NCBI GenBank assembly: GCA_046758845.1 | Contig: JBHIBA010000002.1 | Location: 1-55,739, forward strand | DNA length: 55,739 nucleotides | DNA from: Nitrospinota bacterium | Lineage (GTDB): Bacteria; UBA8248; JACPRG01; G963555815 | Direction of reading: 5' to 3' | Part shown: positions 28,101-37,244 of the stretch, piece after piece | Position numbering within the stretch: the first letter of the stretch is position 1 | How the letters are laid out: each line of letters starts with the position of its first letter | Position numbers and translations under genes: made by a program | The notes under the pieces: model-generated | Databases searched by the model: none | Told to the model about the DNA's origin: nothing | What the model saw: the letters and a program-made list of their open reading frames with translations, nothing else

Positions 28101-30812
28101 ATGGCGGAACCATCCTTCACTCGGTCAGGCGGCAAGACCCCCCGCTCCCCCTCCCCGGCGTCTCGCGCCCGTCCGGCCAAGGACCCCGGCCTCACCCCCA
28201 TGATGCGCCAGTACCGGTCCTTGAAGCGAGAGTATGCGGACGCCATCCTGCTCTTTCGGATGGGGGACTTTTTCGAGATGTTCTTTGAGGATGCCGAAAA
28301 GGCAGCCCCCATCTTGGACATCGCGCTCACTTCCCGGCACGAGGACTCGCAGGGTTCGGCGCCGATGTGCGGATTCCCTCACCACGCCATCGAGGGCTAT
28401 GTGGCCCGGCTGGTCAGGGCGGGGTTTCGGGTGGCCGTCTGCGAGCAGATGGAAGACCCGAAAAGGGCAAAGGGGCTCGTGCGGCGGGAAGTCGTCCAGG
28501 TGGTTTCACCGGGGACGGCGACCCAGCCGCAGGTCTTGGAGTCCAAGGCCGGAAATTACCTGGCCGCTCTGCTCACGGGGGAACAGGCCTTGGGGTTCGC
28601 ATTCGCCGACCTCTCGACGGGCGAGTTCCGGGTCCTTCAGCTGGAAGGGGAGGACAGGGCATCAGCCCTTTCCGACGAGTGGGCGGACCTGGAGCCGAAA
28701 GAGATCCTGTTGCCGGAGAATCCTTCCGGCCGGATTGACGCGGCCGATCATTTGCCGGCGGTTCCTGACGCGAAGTCCATTCTGATCACCCGGGTTCCGG
28801 CCTGGGTCTTCGACCCGGGGGAAGGGGAGCGGCTCCTGCGGTCGGGCTTCGGCCTCGGCTCCCTCGACGGCCTGGGGCTGGGCGCCATGCCCCTGGGCGT
28901 CGGGGCGGCGGGCGCTCTTTACCATTATCTGCGTCAAACACAGGGCGACCGCCTCGGACACTTGAGTCCCCCGCGGGCGGAATACCGCCGGGAGACCATG
29001 CTCCTGGACGCGGCCACGCAGCGCAACCTGGAAATCCTGCGCTCGGGTCCGGACAGCGAGCGAACGGGCTCCCTCCTGCAAGTCCTGGATCGAACGGCGA
29101 CTCCCCTGGGAGGCCGGGCACTGCGGAAGTGGCTCCTTCATCCCCTCGTCCGCGTGGAGGCCGTGAGGGCCCGTCTTGAAGCGGTGCGGGCCTTTCGAGA
29201 GAATGTCCAGGCCCGGGTGGATTTGCAAAAGTCCCTCAGCCGCGTGGGAGACCTGGAAAGGCTCCTGGCGCGCCTTCATTTAGGGGCCGGAAACGCCCGT
29301 GACCTTCGGCATCTCGGCCGGTCCCTCGAAAGACTCCCGCGCGTTCAGGAGGCGATCTCGGGGCTCGAGGCGGGTATCGTCCAGGAACAACTCTCCAGTT
29401 GGGATGAACTGACGGACGTGGTCGCCGCCGTGGAAGGCGCCATCGTCGAGGAGCCCCCTCTCTCCGTAAGGGAAGGCGGGCTCATCCGGGAAGGATATCA
29501 TCCCGAGCTGGACCAGCTGAGGCGCCTGAGCAAAGACGCGAAGTCCTGGCTGCGGTCGTATGAAGAGCGGGAGCGAGAGCGGACGAGAATCAAGAACCTC
29601 AAGATCGTCTACAACAAGGTCTTCGGGTACTGCATCGAAGTGAGCAAGAAGGCCGAGGCGGACGTGCCTTCGGATTACACCCGGCGGCAGACGCTGACCA
29701 ATGCCGAACGCTACGTGACGCCCGAGTTGAAGAAGACCGAAGAGGAGGTCCTACAGGCCGAGTCTCGCTCCAGGGAGCTGGAGTACGAAATCTTCCAGGA
29801 GGTCCGGTCGGCCGTCTTGTCCGAAACCGAGCGCATCCAGCGCGCGGCGGGACGAATCGCCGTCCTCGACGTTCTCTCCACGTTCGCTGAGGTGGCGGCC
29901 CGGTGCAATTACACCGAGCCGGAGGTGGACGAGTCGGGAGAGATCGTCATCCAGGAAGGACGGCACCCGGTCTTGGAGCGCTCTCCGGCGGCGGTGGAGG
30001 AACGGTTCGTGCCGAACGATGCCCACCTCAGCGCGTCGGATCGGCAAATCCTGTTGGTGACGGGCCCCAACATGGCGGGCAAATCCACGTACATCCGTCA
30101 GCTCGCCCTCATCGTTCTCCTGGCGCAAATCGGGAGCTTTGTCCCGGCGTCCTCCGCGCGCATCGGCCTGGTAGACCGCATCTTCACGCGCGTGGGGGCC
30201 CACGACCGCCTGCAACGAGGACAGAGCACCTTCATGGTGGAAATGGTCGAAACCGCCCACATCCTGCACCACGCCACCGCACGAAGCCTGGTCATCCTGG
30301 ACGAGATCGGGCGGGGCACTTCGACTTTCGACGGCATGAGCATCGCCTGGGCGGTCGCCGAACGCCTGCACGGCCCGGAAAGCTCCGGGCCGCGGACCCT
30401 CTTTGCCACGCACTACCATGAGCTGACCGAGTTGGCCAAAAGGCTGCCGCGGGTGAAGAACCTGACCATGTCGGTGCGGGAATATCGGGGAGACGTGGTG
30501 TTTCTTCGACAGGTGGTCGAGGGAACCTCGGACCGGAGTTACGGCGTCCATGTTGCCCGTCTGGCGGGGTTTCCGAAAGAAACCCTGGAGAGAGCGGCCC
30601 AAATCCTCGCCACTTACGAAGAGCGGCAGGAACCGAGCGGCCCGAAATTGCCGGCCCGCGAGAAATTTCAGCAACTGGGGCTTTATAATCAGAATCCCCC
30701 GGAGTTTCTGCGGGAGTTGGAGCAGGCCGATCCGGATCGGATGACGCCCCTGGAGGCGCTGAACTTTCTCCACCGACTGAGGAAGATGGCCCTGCCGGAA
30801 GAAAGGCCGTGA
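28101..30812 (+). CDS. mutS: DNA mismatch repair protein MutS
   Basis: Contains TPMMRQYRSLKREYADAILLFRMGDFFEMFFEDA, Walker A TGPNMAGKSTYIRQ, and DEIGRGTST. ATG 28101 gives a roughly 30-aa basic N-extension. ATG 28200 is an alternative start. Confidence 0.95.
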   Translation: MAEPSFTRSGGKTPRSPSPASRARPAKDPGLTPMMRQYRSLKREYADAILLFRMGDFFEMFFEDAEKAAPILDIALTSRHEDSQGSAPMCGFPHHAIEGYVARLVRAGFRVAVCEQMEDPKRAKGLVRREVVQVVSPGTATQPQVLESKAGNYLAALLTGEQALGFAFADLSTGEFRVLQLEGEDRASALSDEWADLEPKEILLPENPSGRIDAADHLPAVPDAKSILITRVPAWVFDPGEGERLLRSGFGLGSLDGLGLGAMPLGVGAAGALYHYLRQTQGDRLGHLSPPRAEYRRETMLLDAATQRNLEILRSGPDSERTGSLLQVLDRTATPLGGRALRKWLLHPLVRVEAVRARLEAVRAFRENVQARVDLQKSLSRVGDLERLLARLHLGAGNARDLRHLGRSLERLPRVQEAISGLEAGIVQEQLSSWDELTDVVAAVEGAIVEEPPLSVREGGLIREGYHPELDQLRRLSKDAKSWLRSYEERERERTRIKNLKIVYNKVFGYCIEVSKKAEADVPSDYTRRQTLTNAERYVTPELKKTEEEVLQAESRSRELEYEIFQEVRSAVLSETERIQRAAGRIAVLDVLSTFAEVAARCNYTEPEVDESGEIVIQEGRHPVLERSPAAVEERFVPNDAHLSASDRQILLVTGPNMAGKSTYIRQLALIVLLAQIGSFVPASSARIGLVDRIFTRVGAHDRLQRGQSTFMVEMVETAHILHHATARSLVILDEIGRGTSTFDGMSIAWAVAERLHGPESSGPRTLFATHYHELTELAKRLPRVKNLTMSVREYRGDVVFLRQVVEGTSDRSYGVHVARLAGFPKETLERAAQILATYEERQEPSGPKLPAREKFQQLGLYNQNPPEFLRELEQADPDRMTPLEALNFLHRLRKMALPEERP

Positions 30813-31114
30813 TATTGACTTGCTTACGAACCCCGCTTTCCCTAACATCTTGACGATTCAGGAGTTACGCTTGTTGGGCGCGAACAAACTGCGAGTTTGG
30901 GAGCAGGGCTCAGGGGACGCGGGGGGAAAACCGGCCGGAGGGCGAGGTGTCCTCCGGGCAATGGGCGCAGGGGGTCGGAGATTTCTTCCCAGGCCTAAGC
31001 GTGCCCCAAAGAGGGCAATGGTGAACGGGTTTCCCTGAGGGTTGTCCATCTCCGACCTTCGGAGCCTCAGGCGGAAAATACGCGAAGGAGCGGTTCATTC
31101 CAAAGGATTCCCGG

Positions 31115-33340
31115 GTGAAACCGACCCCGACAGAAACGAACGAACGGCGTACGGCGCGAATCCGCCGGATCATCTTGGGGACAGTATGCATCATCATCCT
31201 CCTGACGATCACGGGGATCTATTTCAAGTTCAATCCCACCCACTTCGTCGCCAACAACGTCATCGTTTACGCCCTGGTCAACATCAACATCATCCTCCTG
31301 TTGGCGCTGATCCTTCTGGTGCTGCGCAACCTGCTGAAGCTGTACTTCGAGCGCCGCCAGGGCGCCATTGGCGCCAAATTCCGCACGAAGCTTGTGATCG
31401 CCTTCGTGGGCCTGGCCCTCGCGCCTTCCATCCTCCTGTTCATTGTGGCCAATGGTCTGATCAACCGGAGCATCGAGAGCTGGTTCAGCTCGCAGGTGGA
31501 GCGAACCCTGAGGGATTCGCAGGAGGTGGTTCGGCAGATCAACGACGAAACCGAAAAGCAGCTCTCTCATCAGGCCTCACGTCTCTCTCGCAGGGTCGAT
31601 GTCGCTTCCCTGGCCCAGCCCATCGGGCAACAGGAGCTACGGGGATTTTTGGAAGAGAAACTTGGCGACCTACACCTGGACGGTTTGCAGGTCATCTCCG
31701 CCGACCAGAAGACCTTCCTGAACGTGAAAGCCGAGGGCGCGTCACAGGATCTGTTCTTCACGCGCCTGAAAGCAGAGCTGGTCGATCAGGTTCTGAGCGG
31801 AAAAAACGTGATTGAAAGGCAACGGCTGGGAGCGGGGCAGGCGGTCCGGGCGGTCACGGCCCTGGGATCGGGCTCGGGAAAAAACCGGACGCTGGGATTG
31901 CTCGTCCTGTCCCGTTTCTTCCCCCTGGACCTGACGAAAAAGATGGAGGCCGTCGGCGGGACCTACCGCGAGTACAAGCAACTGGAGATGTTCCGGGACC
32001 CGCTGAAGTTGATCTACCTCATCACGTTTTTGCTGATCACGCTTCTCATCATTTTCTCGGCCATCTGGTTTGGCTTTTACCTGGCGCGGGGAATCACCGA
32101 ACCCATCAAGTCCCTGGCCGAAGGGACCCGGGCAGTGGCCGAGGGAAATCTGGACATCCACGTGGAACGCGGGGGCGATGATGAAATCGGCTACCTGGTG
32201 GACACCTTCAACGCCATGACGGCGGACCTCCGGCGGGGAAAGGAGAAGCTGGAGCGAAGCAACGCGGAGTTGGAGCGCCGCCGGGTATACATGGAGCGGG
32301 TCCTGGAGCGGGTCGGCGCGGGCGTCGTCTCGCTGGATCGTCGTGGTCGGGTGACCACCATCAACCGGTCGGCTGAGCGGATGTTGGGGGTCTGGGTCCA
32401 GGATGCATTGGGATTACACTACCGGCAAGTGTTCAGTCCGGCGCTCATCGCCCCGGCGCGCGAGCTCTTTCGAGAGATCGCCAGGGCCCGGTTGGATCGG
32501 CTGGACGCCCAGCGCCCCGTGACTGTCGGGGGACGGCTCCTCACATTGCTCCTCAGCGTCAGCCTGCTTTCCGATGGGGATGGAAAAGGGGTGGGCATGG
32601 TCTTGGTGTTTGAAGACTTGACCGAGCTGCTCAAGGCCCAGAAACTCGCCGCCTGGCGGGAAGTTGCTCAGGGGCTCGCCCACGAAATCAAGAATCCCCT
32701 GACGCCCATCCAGCTCTCCACCCAGCGCCTCCAAAAAAAGTATCAGGAAAAGTCGCCGGACTTTCACAGCGTTTTCCAAGAATGCACGGCGCTCATCATC
32801 AATCAGGTCAAAGGGCTCATGGAGCTGGTCAACGAATTCTCCCGCTTCGCCCGGATCCCCGAGCCCCGCCCGCGCAACTGTGACATCCACTCCCTGATTC
32901 GGGAGACTGTCGCGCTCTACAGAGGCCACCCCCAGGGGGTCCTTTTCGAGACCGATTTCGACCAGCGGCTCGGGCGGGTGAATCTGGACGAGGAACAAAT
33001 GAAGCGGGTGTTCCTCAACCTGATCGATAACGCCATTCATGCGATGCCGAGGGGCGGACACGTGTGGATCCGGACGATCCAGGACGATTTTCTGGGAATG
33101 CTGAGAATTGAGTTCAGCGACAGCGGGCCCGGAATTTCGGTGGAAGACCGAAGCCGGCTCTTTTTGCCTTACTTCACGACCAAGCGCCGAGGAACGGGCC
33201 TCGGCCTGGCCATCGTTCATCGGATCATCGCCGATCATGACGGGGCCGTTGAAGTCAAGGACCATCTTCCCCACGGGACGACCATTGAGATTCGCCTTCC
33301 GCTGAACGGCGAAACCGCCCAGACCCGGTTTTCGGTGTAA
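31115..33340 (+). CDS. ntrY: NtrY-like sensor histidine kinase (TM region, HAMP, PAS, HisKA, HATPase)
   Basis: Has N-terminal TM helices, a HAMP domain (EPIKSLAEGTRAVAEGNLD...DEIGYLVDTFNAMT), a PAS domain, the H-box LAHEIKNPLTPI, the N-box NLIDNAIHAM, and G-boxes DSGPGI and GTGLGLAIV. GTG start. Confidence 0.8.
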   Translation: MKPTPTETNERRTARIRRIILGTVCIIILLTITGIYFKFNPTHFVANNVIVYALVNINIILLLALILLVLRNLLKLYFERRQGAIGAKFRTKLVIAFVGLALAPSILLFIVANGLINRSIESWFSSQVERTLRDSQEVVRQINDETEKQLSHQASRLSRRVDVASLAQPIGQQELRGFLEEKLGDLHLDGLQVISADQKTFLNVKAEGASQDLFFTRLKAELVDQVLSGKNVIERQRLGAGQAVRAVTALGSGSGKNRTLGLLVLSRFFPLDLTKKMEAVGGTYREYKQLEMFRDPLKLIYLITFLLITLLIIFSAIWFGFYLARGITEPIKSLAEGTRAVAEGNLDIHVERGGDDEIGYLVDTFNAMTADLRRGKEKLERSNAELERRRVYMERVLERVGAGVVSLDRRGRVTTINRSAERMLGVWVQDALGLHYRQVFSPALIAPARELFREIARARLDRLDAQRPVTVGGRLLTLLLSVSLLSDGDGKGVGMVLVFEDLTELLKAQKLAAWREVAQGLAHEIKNPLTPIQLSTQRLQKKYQEKSPDFHSVFQECTALIINQVKGLMELVNEFSRFARIPEPRPRNCDIHSLIRETVALYRGHPQGVLFETDFDQRLGRVNLDEEQMKRVFLNLIDNAIHAMPRGGHVWIRTIQDDFLGMLRIEFSDSGPGISVEDRSRLFLPYFTTKRRGTGLGLAIVHRIIADHDGAVEVKDHLPHGTTIEIRLPLNGETAQTRFSV

Positions 33341-33361
33341 CGGTTTCTTTGGAGGATTCAA

Positions 33362-35545
33362 TTGAGTCGAGGTCACATTCTAATCGTAGACGACGAAGAG
33401 AGCATCCGGCGTTCCCTGGAGGGGATCCTCACCGACGAGGGCTACACCATCTCTCAAGCGGCCGACGGAGGCGAAGCCCTGGAGGTCGTGAAGCGGGAGG
33501 ACCCGGACGTTGTCCTGCTGGATGTCTGGCTTCCGGGCCTGAACGGCATCCAGGCCCTTCAGGCGGTGAGGAAGCAGCGGGCGGGCCTGGAGGTCATTAT
33601 GATGTCCGGGCACGCCAACATCGAGACCGCCGTGAAGGCGACCAAACTCGGAGCGTTCGATTTCGTCGAGAAGCCCCTCTCCCTGGATCAGGTCGTGCGC
33701 ACCGTCGAACTCGCCCTTCGCCAGCAGCGTCTGCTCCGCGAAAATGCCGAGTTTCAGGGGTATCTGGCCCAGGCGTCGGAGCTGATCGGAAGGAGCCAGG
33801 CCCTGCTGAAGTTGCGCCAAGAGATCGAATCGGCGGCCTCGCGCGAGGGTCCGGTCCTGATTTATGGAGAAGTCGGATCGGGCAAGGAACTGGTCGCACG
33901 GCTGATCCAGGCTCGCCGGTCTGGAATCGGCCACCCGTTGATCCGGGTGAAAGGCGGCAAAGAGGAGGAATCCGCGCTTGAGAACTCTCTCGCGCGGCGG
34001 CTCTTCGGTCACCAAGGTCCTTCCGGCGAGGTCCAAACCGGACAACTGGAAGCGGCCGAAAACGGAATGGTCTATCTCTACGCTGCCGAGCAGATGGCCC
34101 CGGAGGTCGCCTCCCGCCTGGCCGCGGCCTTGAAGAAGGGCCGTTTTCAGAGAGAGGGCGGTCGCCGCTCGCTCCCTTTGAAGGTCGAGATCTTCTTTTC
34201 CACAACCTTCGACCTTCGCAGGACGCCCATCGAGGAGGTCCTGGGAAAAGAGCTGACGGAGCAGATACAGGGCGAGCCGGTGCAAGTGCCGCCCTTGCGG
34301 GAGCGGTGGGAGGACGTCCGCAGCCTCGTGGAGCACTTCCTGTCGCAGTTCTGTAGCCATCGCGGACTCCGCCGGCCGGTTTTGGAGGAAGCAGCCATCG
34401 AGGCCCTGGAAAAGTACGCCTGGCCCCAAAATATCAAAGAACTGAAAAATGTTGTAGAGAGTCTCGTCCTTTCTGAGAGAGACGATGTGATCGCGCTCGC
34501 CAATCTGCCCGAGCGGATACAGGGGGTCTCCGAAGAGGAGCCGAAAGGCAGGCCGAGGACCCAGGTCCGCGAAAAGACGGAATGGGAGAAAGATTACCTC
34601 GCCCAGCTCTTGCGGAAGCACGGAGGGAATCTCCGCAGGACGGCCTCGCAACTGGGAATCTCGGAAGGACAACTCCGCTCCAAAATCAAAGCTCACGGGT
34701 TGAAGATTTCACAGCCGAAGAAAGGCAAGGGCGCAGTCCAACGGACGCTCGGCAAGAGCGTTCTGCTTAGCGGCCAGGGACTGCATTCGGGCCTCAAGAC
34801 GGGCCTGATCCTTTCCCCTCTTCCCCCCGACAGCGGAATCCGGGTCGGAAACATCACCACCGAAGAATCCGTCCTGGCTCATCTGGACAACGTTGTCTCC
34901 ACTGACTCCGCCGTCACGCTCGAGCAAGGCCCGATTCGGGTTCGGACCATCGAGCACCTCATGGCCGCTTTGCACGCCTACGGAATCACTAACGTCTTGA
35001 TCAAGGTCGGTGACGAGATCCCGATCATGGACGGGTCGGCCAGGGACTTCTGCCAGCTGATTGAGGATGGCGGGGTCGTAGAGCAAAACGCCAGGGTTGA
35101 GCCCGTGGAGGTCGCTTCGCCCATCGAAGTGGCCAGGGAACGCGTCACACTGCGCATCGAACCTCATCCGGAGTTCGTCGCCGACTTCACGCTGGCCCTG
35201 CCGGACCCCATCGGTGTTCAGGAATTCCGCTTCACGTTGGACGGGCACGAATCGTTCCGGGAGGCCATCGCCCCCGCGCGGACGTTCGGGCGCATCAAAG
35301 ACGTGGAGGAGCAGGAAAAACGGGGACTGGTCGGCGGGGGTCGGCTGGACAACGTCATCCTCTTGGATGAAGGAAGGGTGATCAACACCGAGCTTCGCTT
35401 CCCCGACGAGTTCGTCCGGCACAAAATTCTGGACGTCATCGGTGACCTCTACCTTTTGGGCCGCCCCATCCGGGGCAAAGTGACCGCCCGGATGAGCGGC
35501 CACGCCGAAAACGTCCAGCTTCTTCGCAGGCTCCGGGCGCAGTGA
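33362..35545 (+). CDS. NtrX-like response regulator (REC + degenerate sigma54-type AAA+ + Fis HTH) fused in frame to LpxC
   Basis: A single uninterrupted 727-aa ORF. The REC domain has ILIVDDEESIRRSL...VVLLDVWLPGLNG. The AAA+ domain has GEVGSGKE and VPPLRERWEDV but lacks GAFTGA and the Walker B DE. The HTH is RRTASQLGISEGQLRSKIKAHGL. A linker KISQPKKGKGAV leads into a complete LpxC domain. Confidence 0.8.
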   Translation: MSRGHILIVDDEESIRRSLEGILTDEGYTISQAADGGEALEVVKREDPDVVLLDVWLPGLNGIQALQAVRKQRAGLEVIMMSGHANIETAVKATKLGAFDFVEKPLSLDQVVRTVELALRQQRLLRENAEFQGYLAQASELIGRSQALLKLRQEIESAASREGPVLIYGEVGSGKELVARLIQARRSGIGHPLIRVKGGKEEESALENSLARRLFGHQGPSGEVQTGQLEAAENGMVYLYAAEQMAPEVASRLAAALKKGRFQREGGRRSLPLKVEIFFSTTFDLRRTPIEEVLGKELTEQIQGEPVQVPPLRERWEDVRSLVEHFLSQFCSHRGLRRPVLEEAAIEALEKYAWPQNIKELKNVVESLVLSERDDVIALANLPERIQGVSEEEPKGRPRTQVREKTEWEKDYLAQLLRKHGGNLRRTASQLGISEGQLRSKIKAHGLKISQPKKGKGAVQRTLGKSVLLSGQGLHSGLKTGLILSPLPPDSGIRVGNITTEESVLAHLDNVVSTDSAVTLEQGPIRVRTIEHLMAALHAYGITNVLIKVGDEIPIMDGSARDFCQLIEDGGVVEQNARVEPVEVASPIEVARERVTLRIEPHPEFVADFTLALPDPIGVQEFRFTLDGHESFREAIAPARTFGRIKDVEEQEKRGLVGGGRLDNVILLDEGRVINTELRFPDEFVRHKILDVIGDLYLLGRPIRGKVTARMSGHAENVQLLRRLRAQ
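34739..35545 (+). other. lpxC: LpxC (UDP-3-O-acyl-N-acetylglucosamine deacetylase) domain, C-terminal part of ORF 33362..35545
   Basis: Contains QRTLGKSVLLSGQGLHSG, RTIEHLMAAL (Glu/His), EIPIMDGSA, ARTFG, FPDEFVRHKILDVIGDL (His/Lys/Asp) and MSGHAENV (His). It is colinear with E. coli LpxC from residue 4 to about 280. Confidence 0.85.
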
Positions 35546-36621
35546 ATCCGCCTGCCGGTCCGAGGCCGGACAGGGCCGCACTGACCTATCGGCAAGCCGG
35601 GGTGGACATCGGGGCGGCCGAGGCGCTCGTTCCCCGCCTGCGCTCCCTGGCCGTGGCGACCCGTAGGCCGGAGGTGGAGGGAGAGATCGGGGGGTTTGGG
35701 GGCTGTTTCCGAATCCCGCGGGGGTACCGGAATCCCCTCCTCGTGTCCGGAATGGACGGTGTCGGAACCAAGCTCGACCTCCTCATCCAGACGGGCCGGC
35801 ACCGTGTCGCCGGCCGCGATCTGGTCGCCATGTGCGTCAACGACGTCCTGACCCAAGGGGCCCAGCCCCTGTTTTTCCTGGATTACATCGCGACCGGAAA
35901 GCTGGAGCCCCCCGTCGTGGAAGAAGTGGTGGCCGGCGCTGCCGCTGCTTGTGCGGAGTGCGGCTGTGCGCTTCTGGGGGGGGAGACGGCCGAGATGCCG
36001 GGCTTTTACCCGGAGGGCCGGTATGACCTGGCCGGTTGCGCCGTCGGCATCGTCGAGGAAGAGGCTCTCCTCGACGGCAGGGCGATCCGGCCCGGGGACG
36101 TCTTGCTGGGACTGGCCTCGAGCGGTCCGCACAGCAATGGGTTCTCCCTGGTCCGACGGATCTTGGAGAAAGAAGGCCTGAGCCTGGAGCAACCCCTTCC
36201 CGGCGGGCGTGGCCAGCCCCTTGCCGATGCCCTGCTGGCCCCCACCCGGCTCTACGTCCGCGCCGTCTCGGAGATCTTGAAGGAAACGACTGTCGGGGGA
36301 ATCGCCCACGTCACGGGAGGGGGGATCGCCCGGAACCTGGAGCGCATCCTTCCACAGAGCTGCCGGGCAGTCGTTGAGTACGCAAGCTGGCCGGTTTTAC
36401 CGGTATTCGACTTCCTGCAAAGGGCCGGCTCCGTCCCGCCGGAGGAGATGGAAGCCGTCTTCAACCTGGGCGTCGGTTTGATCGTCGTGGTTTCCCCCGG
36501 CGAGGCAGGTGGGACGATAGAGACGCTGCGGCGCGCGGGGGCGCAAGTGTACCGGATTGGGCGCGTGGAGGAGTGTCCACCCGGGGGCGACCGGGTCATC
36601 CTGGAGCGAAGGGGCCGGTGA
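35542..36621 (+). CDS. purM: Phosphoribosylformylglycinamidine cyclo-ligase (AIR synthetase)
   Basis: Contains YRQAGVDIGAAEALV, GGFGG, DGVGTKL and GGETAEMPG. The GTG start overlaps the preceding stop (GTGA). Confidence 0.95.
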   Translation: MNPPAGPRPDRAALTYRQAGVDIGAAEALVPRLRSLAVATRRPEVEGEIGGFGGCFRIPRGYRNPLLVSGMDGVGTKLDLLIQTGRHRVAGRDLVAMCVNDVLTQGAQPLFFLDYIATGKLEPPVVEEVVAGAAAACAECGCALLGGETAEMPGFYPEGRYDLAGCAVGIVEEEALLDGRAIRPGDVLLGLASSGPHSNGFSLVRRILEKEGLSLEQPLPGGRGQPLADALLAPTRLYVRAVSEILKETTVGGIAHVTGGGIARNLERILPQSCRAVVEYASWPVLPVFDFLQRAGSVPPEEMEAVFNLGVGLIVVVSPGEAGGTIETLRRAGAQVYRIGRVEECPPGGDRVILERRGR

Positions 36622-37244
36622 GGGTTGCTGTTTTTGCTTCCGGACGCGGGTCGAACCTTCAGGCCCTGATGGATGCGGCGGACTCGGGCTTCCTGAAGGC
36701 GGAAATCGTATGCGTCCTGAGCGACGTCCGAGAGGCGAAGGCCCTGGAGCGGGCCGCCCGCCGGGGGATCCCCAGCCGGTCCATCGAGCGCGGGGAGTTC
36801 GAAAGGACCGCCTTGCAAATACTAAACGAGTTCCGTGTCGACCTCGTGTGCCTGGCCGGATTCATGCGGATCCTGAGCGGCGAATTCATCGAGAAGGCCG
36901 GCGTGCGCATTCTGAACGTCCACCCTTCGCTGCTTCCGGCGTTTCCCGGGTTGCGGGCCCAAAGACAGGCGCTGGAGCACGGTGTGCGCATCACGGGGGC
37001 TACGGTTCATTGCGTGGATGAGCAGGTGGACCACGGCCCGGTCATCGTTCAGGCGGCCGTTCCCGTTTTCCAGGACGACGACGAGGCAACCGTATCGGAG
37101 CGGATCCTCCGCGAGGAGCACCGGATTTATCCCATGGCCGTCAGATGGTTCGCGGAGGGCCGCATCGTCTTGGAAGGACGGAGGATGGTCCTCCAGAACG
37201 CTTCTCAGGCTGAATTTTCCGTCCGAAACCCGGACAACCCATAA
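36618..37244 (+). CDS. purN: Phosphoribosylglycinamide formyltransferase
   Basis: Contains VRVAVFASGRGSNLQALMDA, NVHPSLLPAFPG, and HCVDEQVDHGPVI. The GTG start overlaps the purM stop. Confidence 0.9.
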   Translation: MRVAVFASGRGSNLQALMDAADSGFLKAEIVCVLSDVREAKALERAARRGIPSRSIERGEFERTALQILNEFRVDLVCLAGFMRILSGEFIEKAGVRILNVHPSLLPAFPGLRAQRQALEHGVRITGATVHCVDEQVDHGPVIVQAAVPVFQDDDEATVSERILREEHRIYPMAVRWFAEGRIVLEGRRMVLQNASQAEFSVRNPDNP

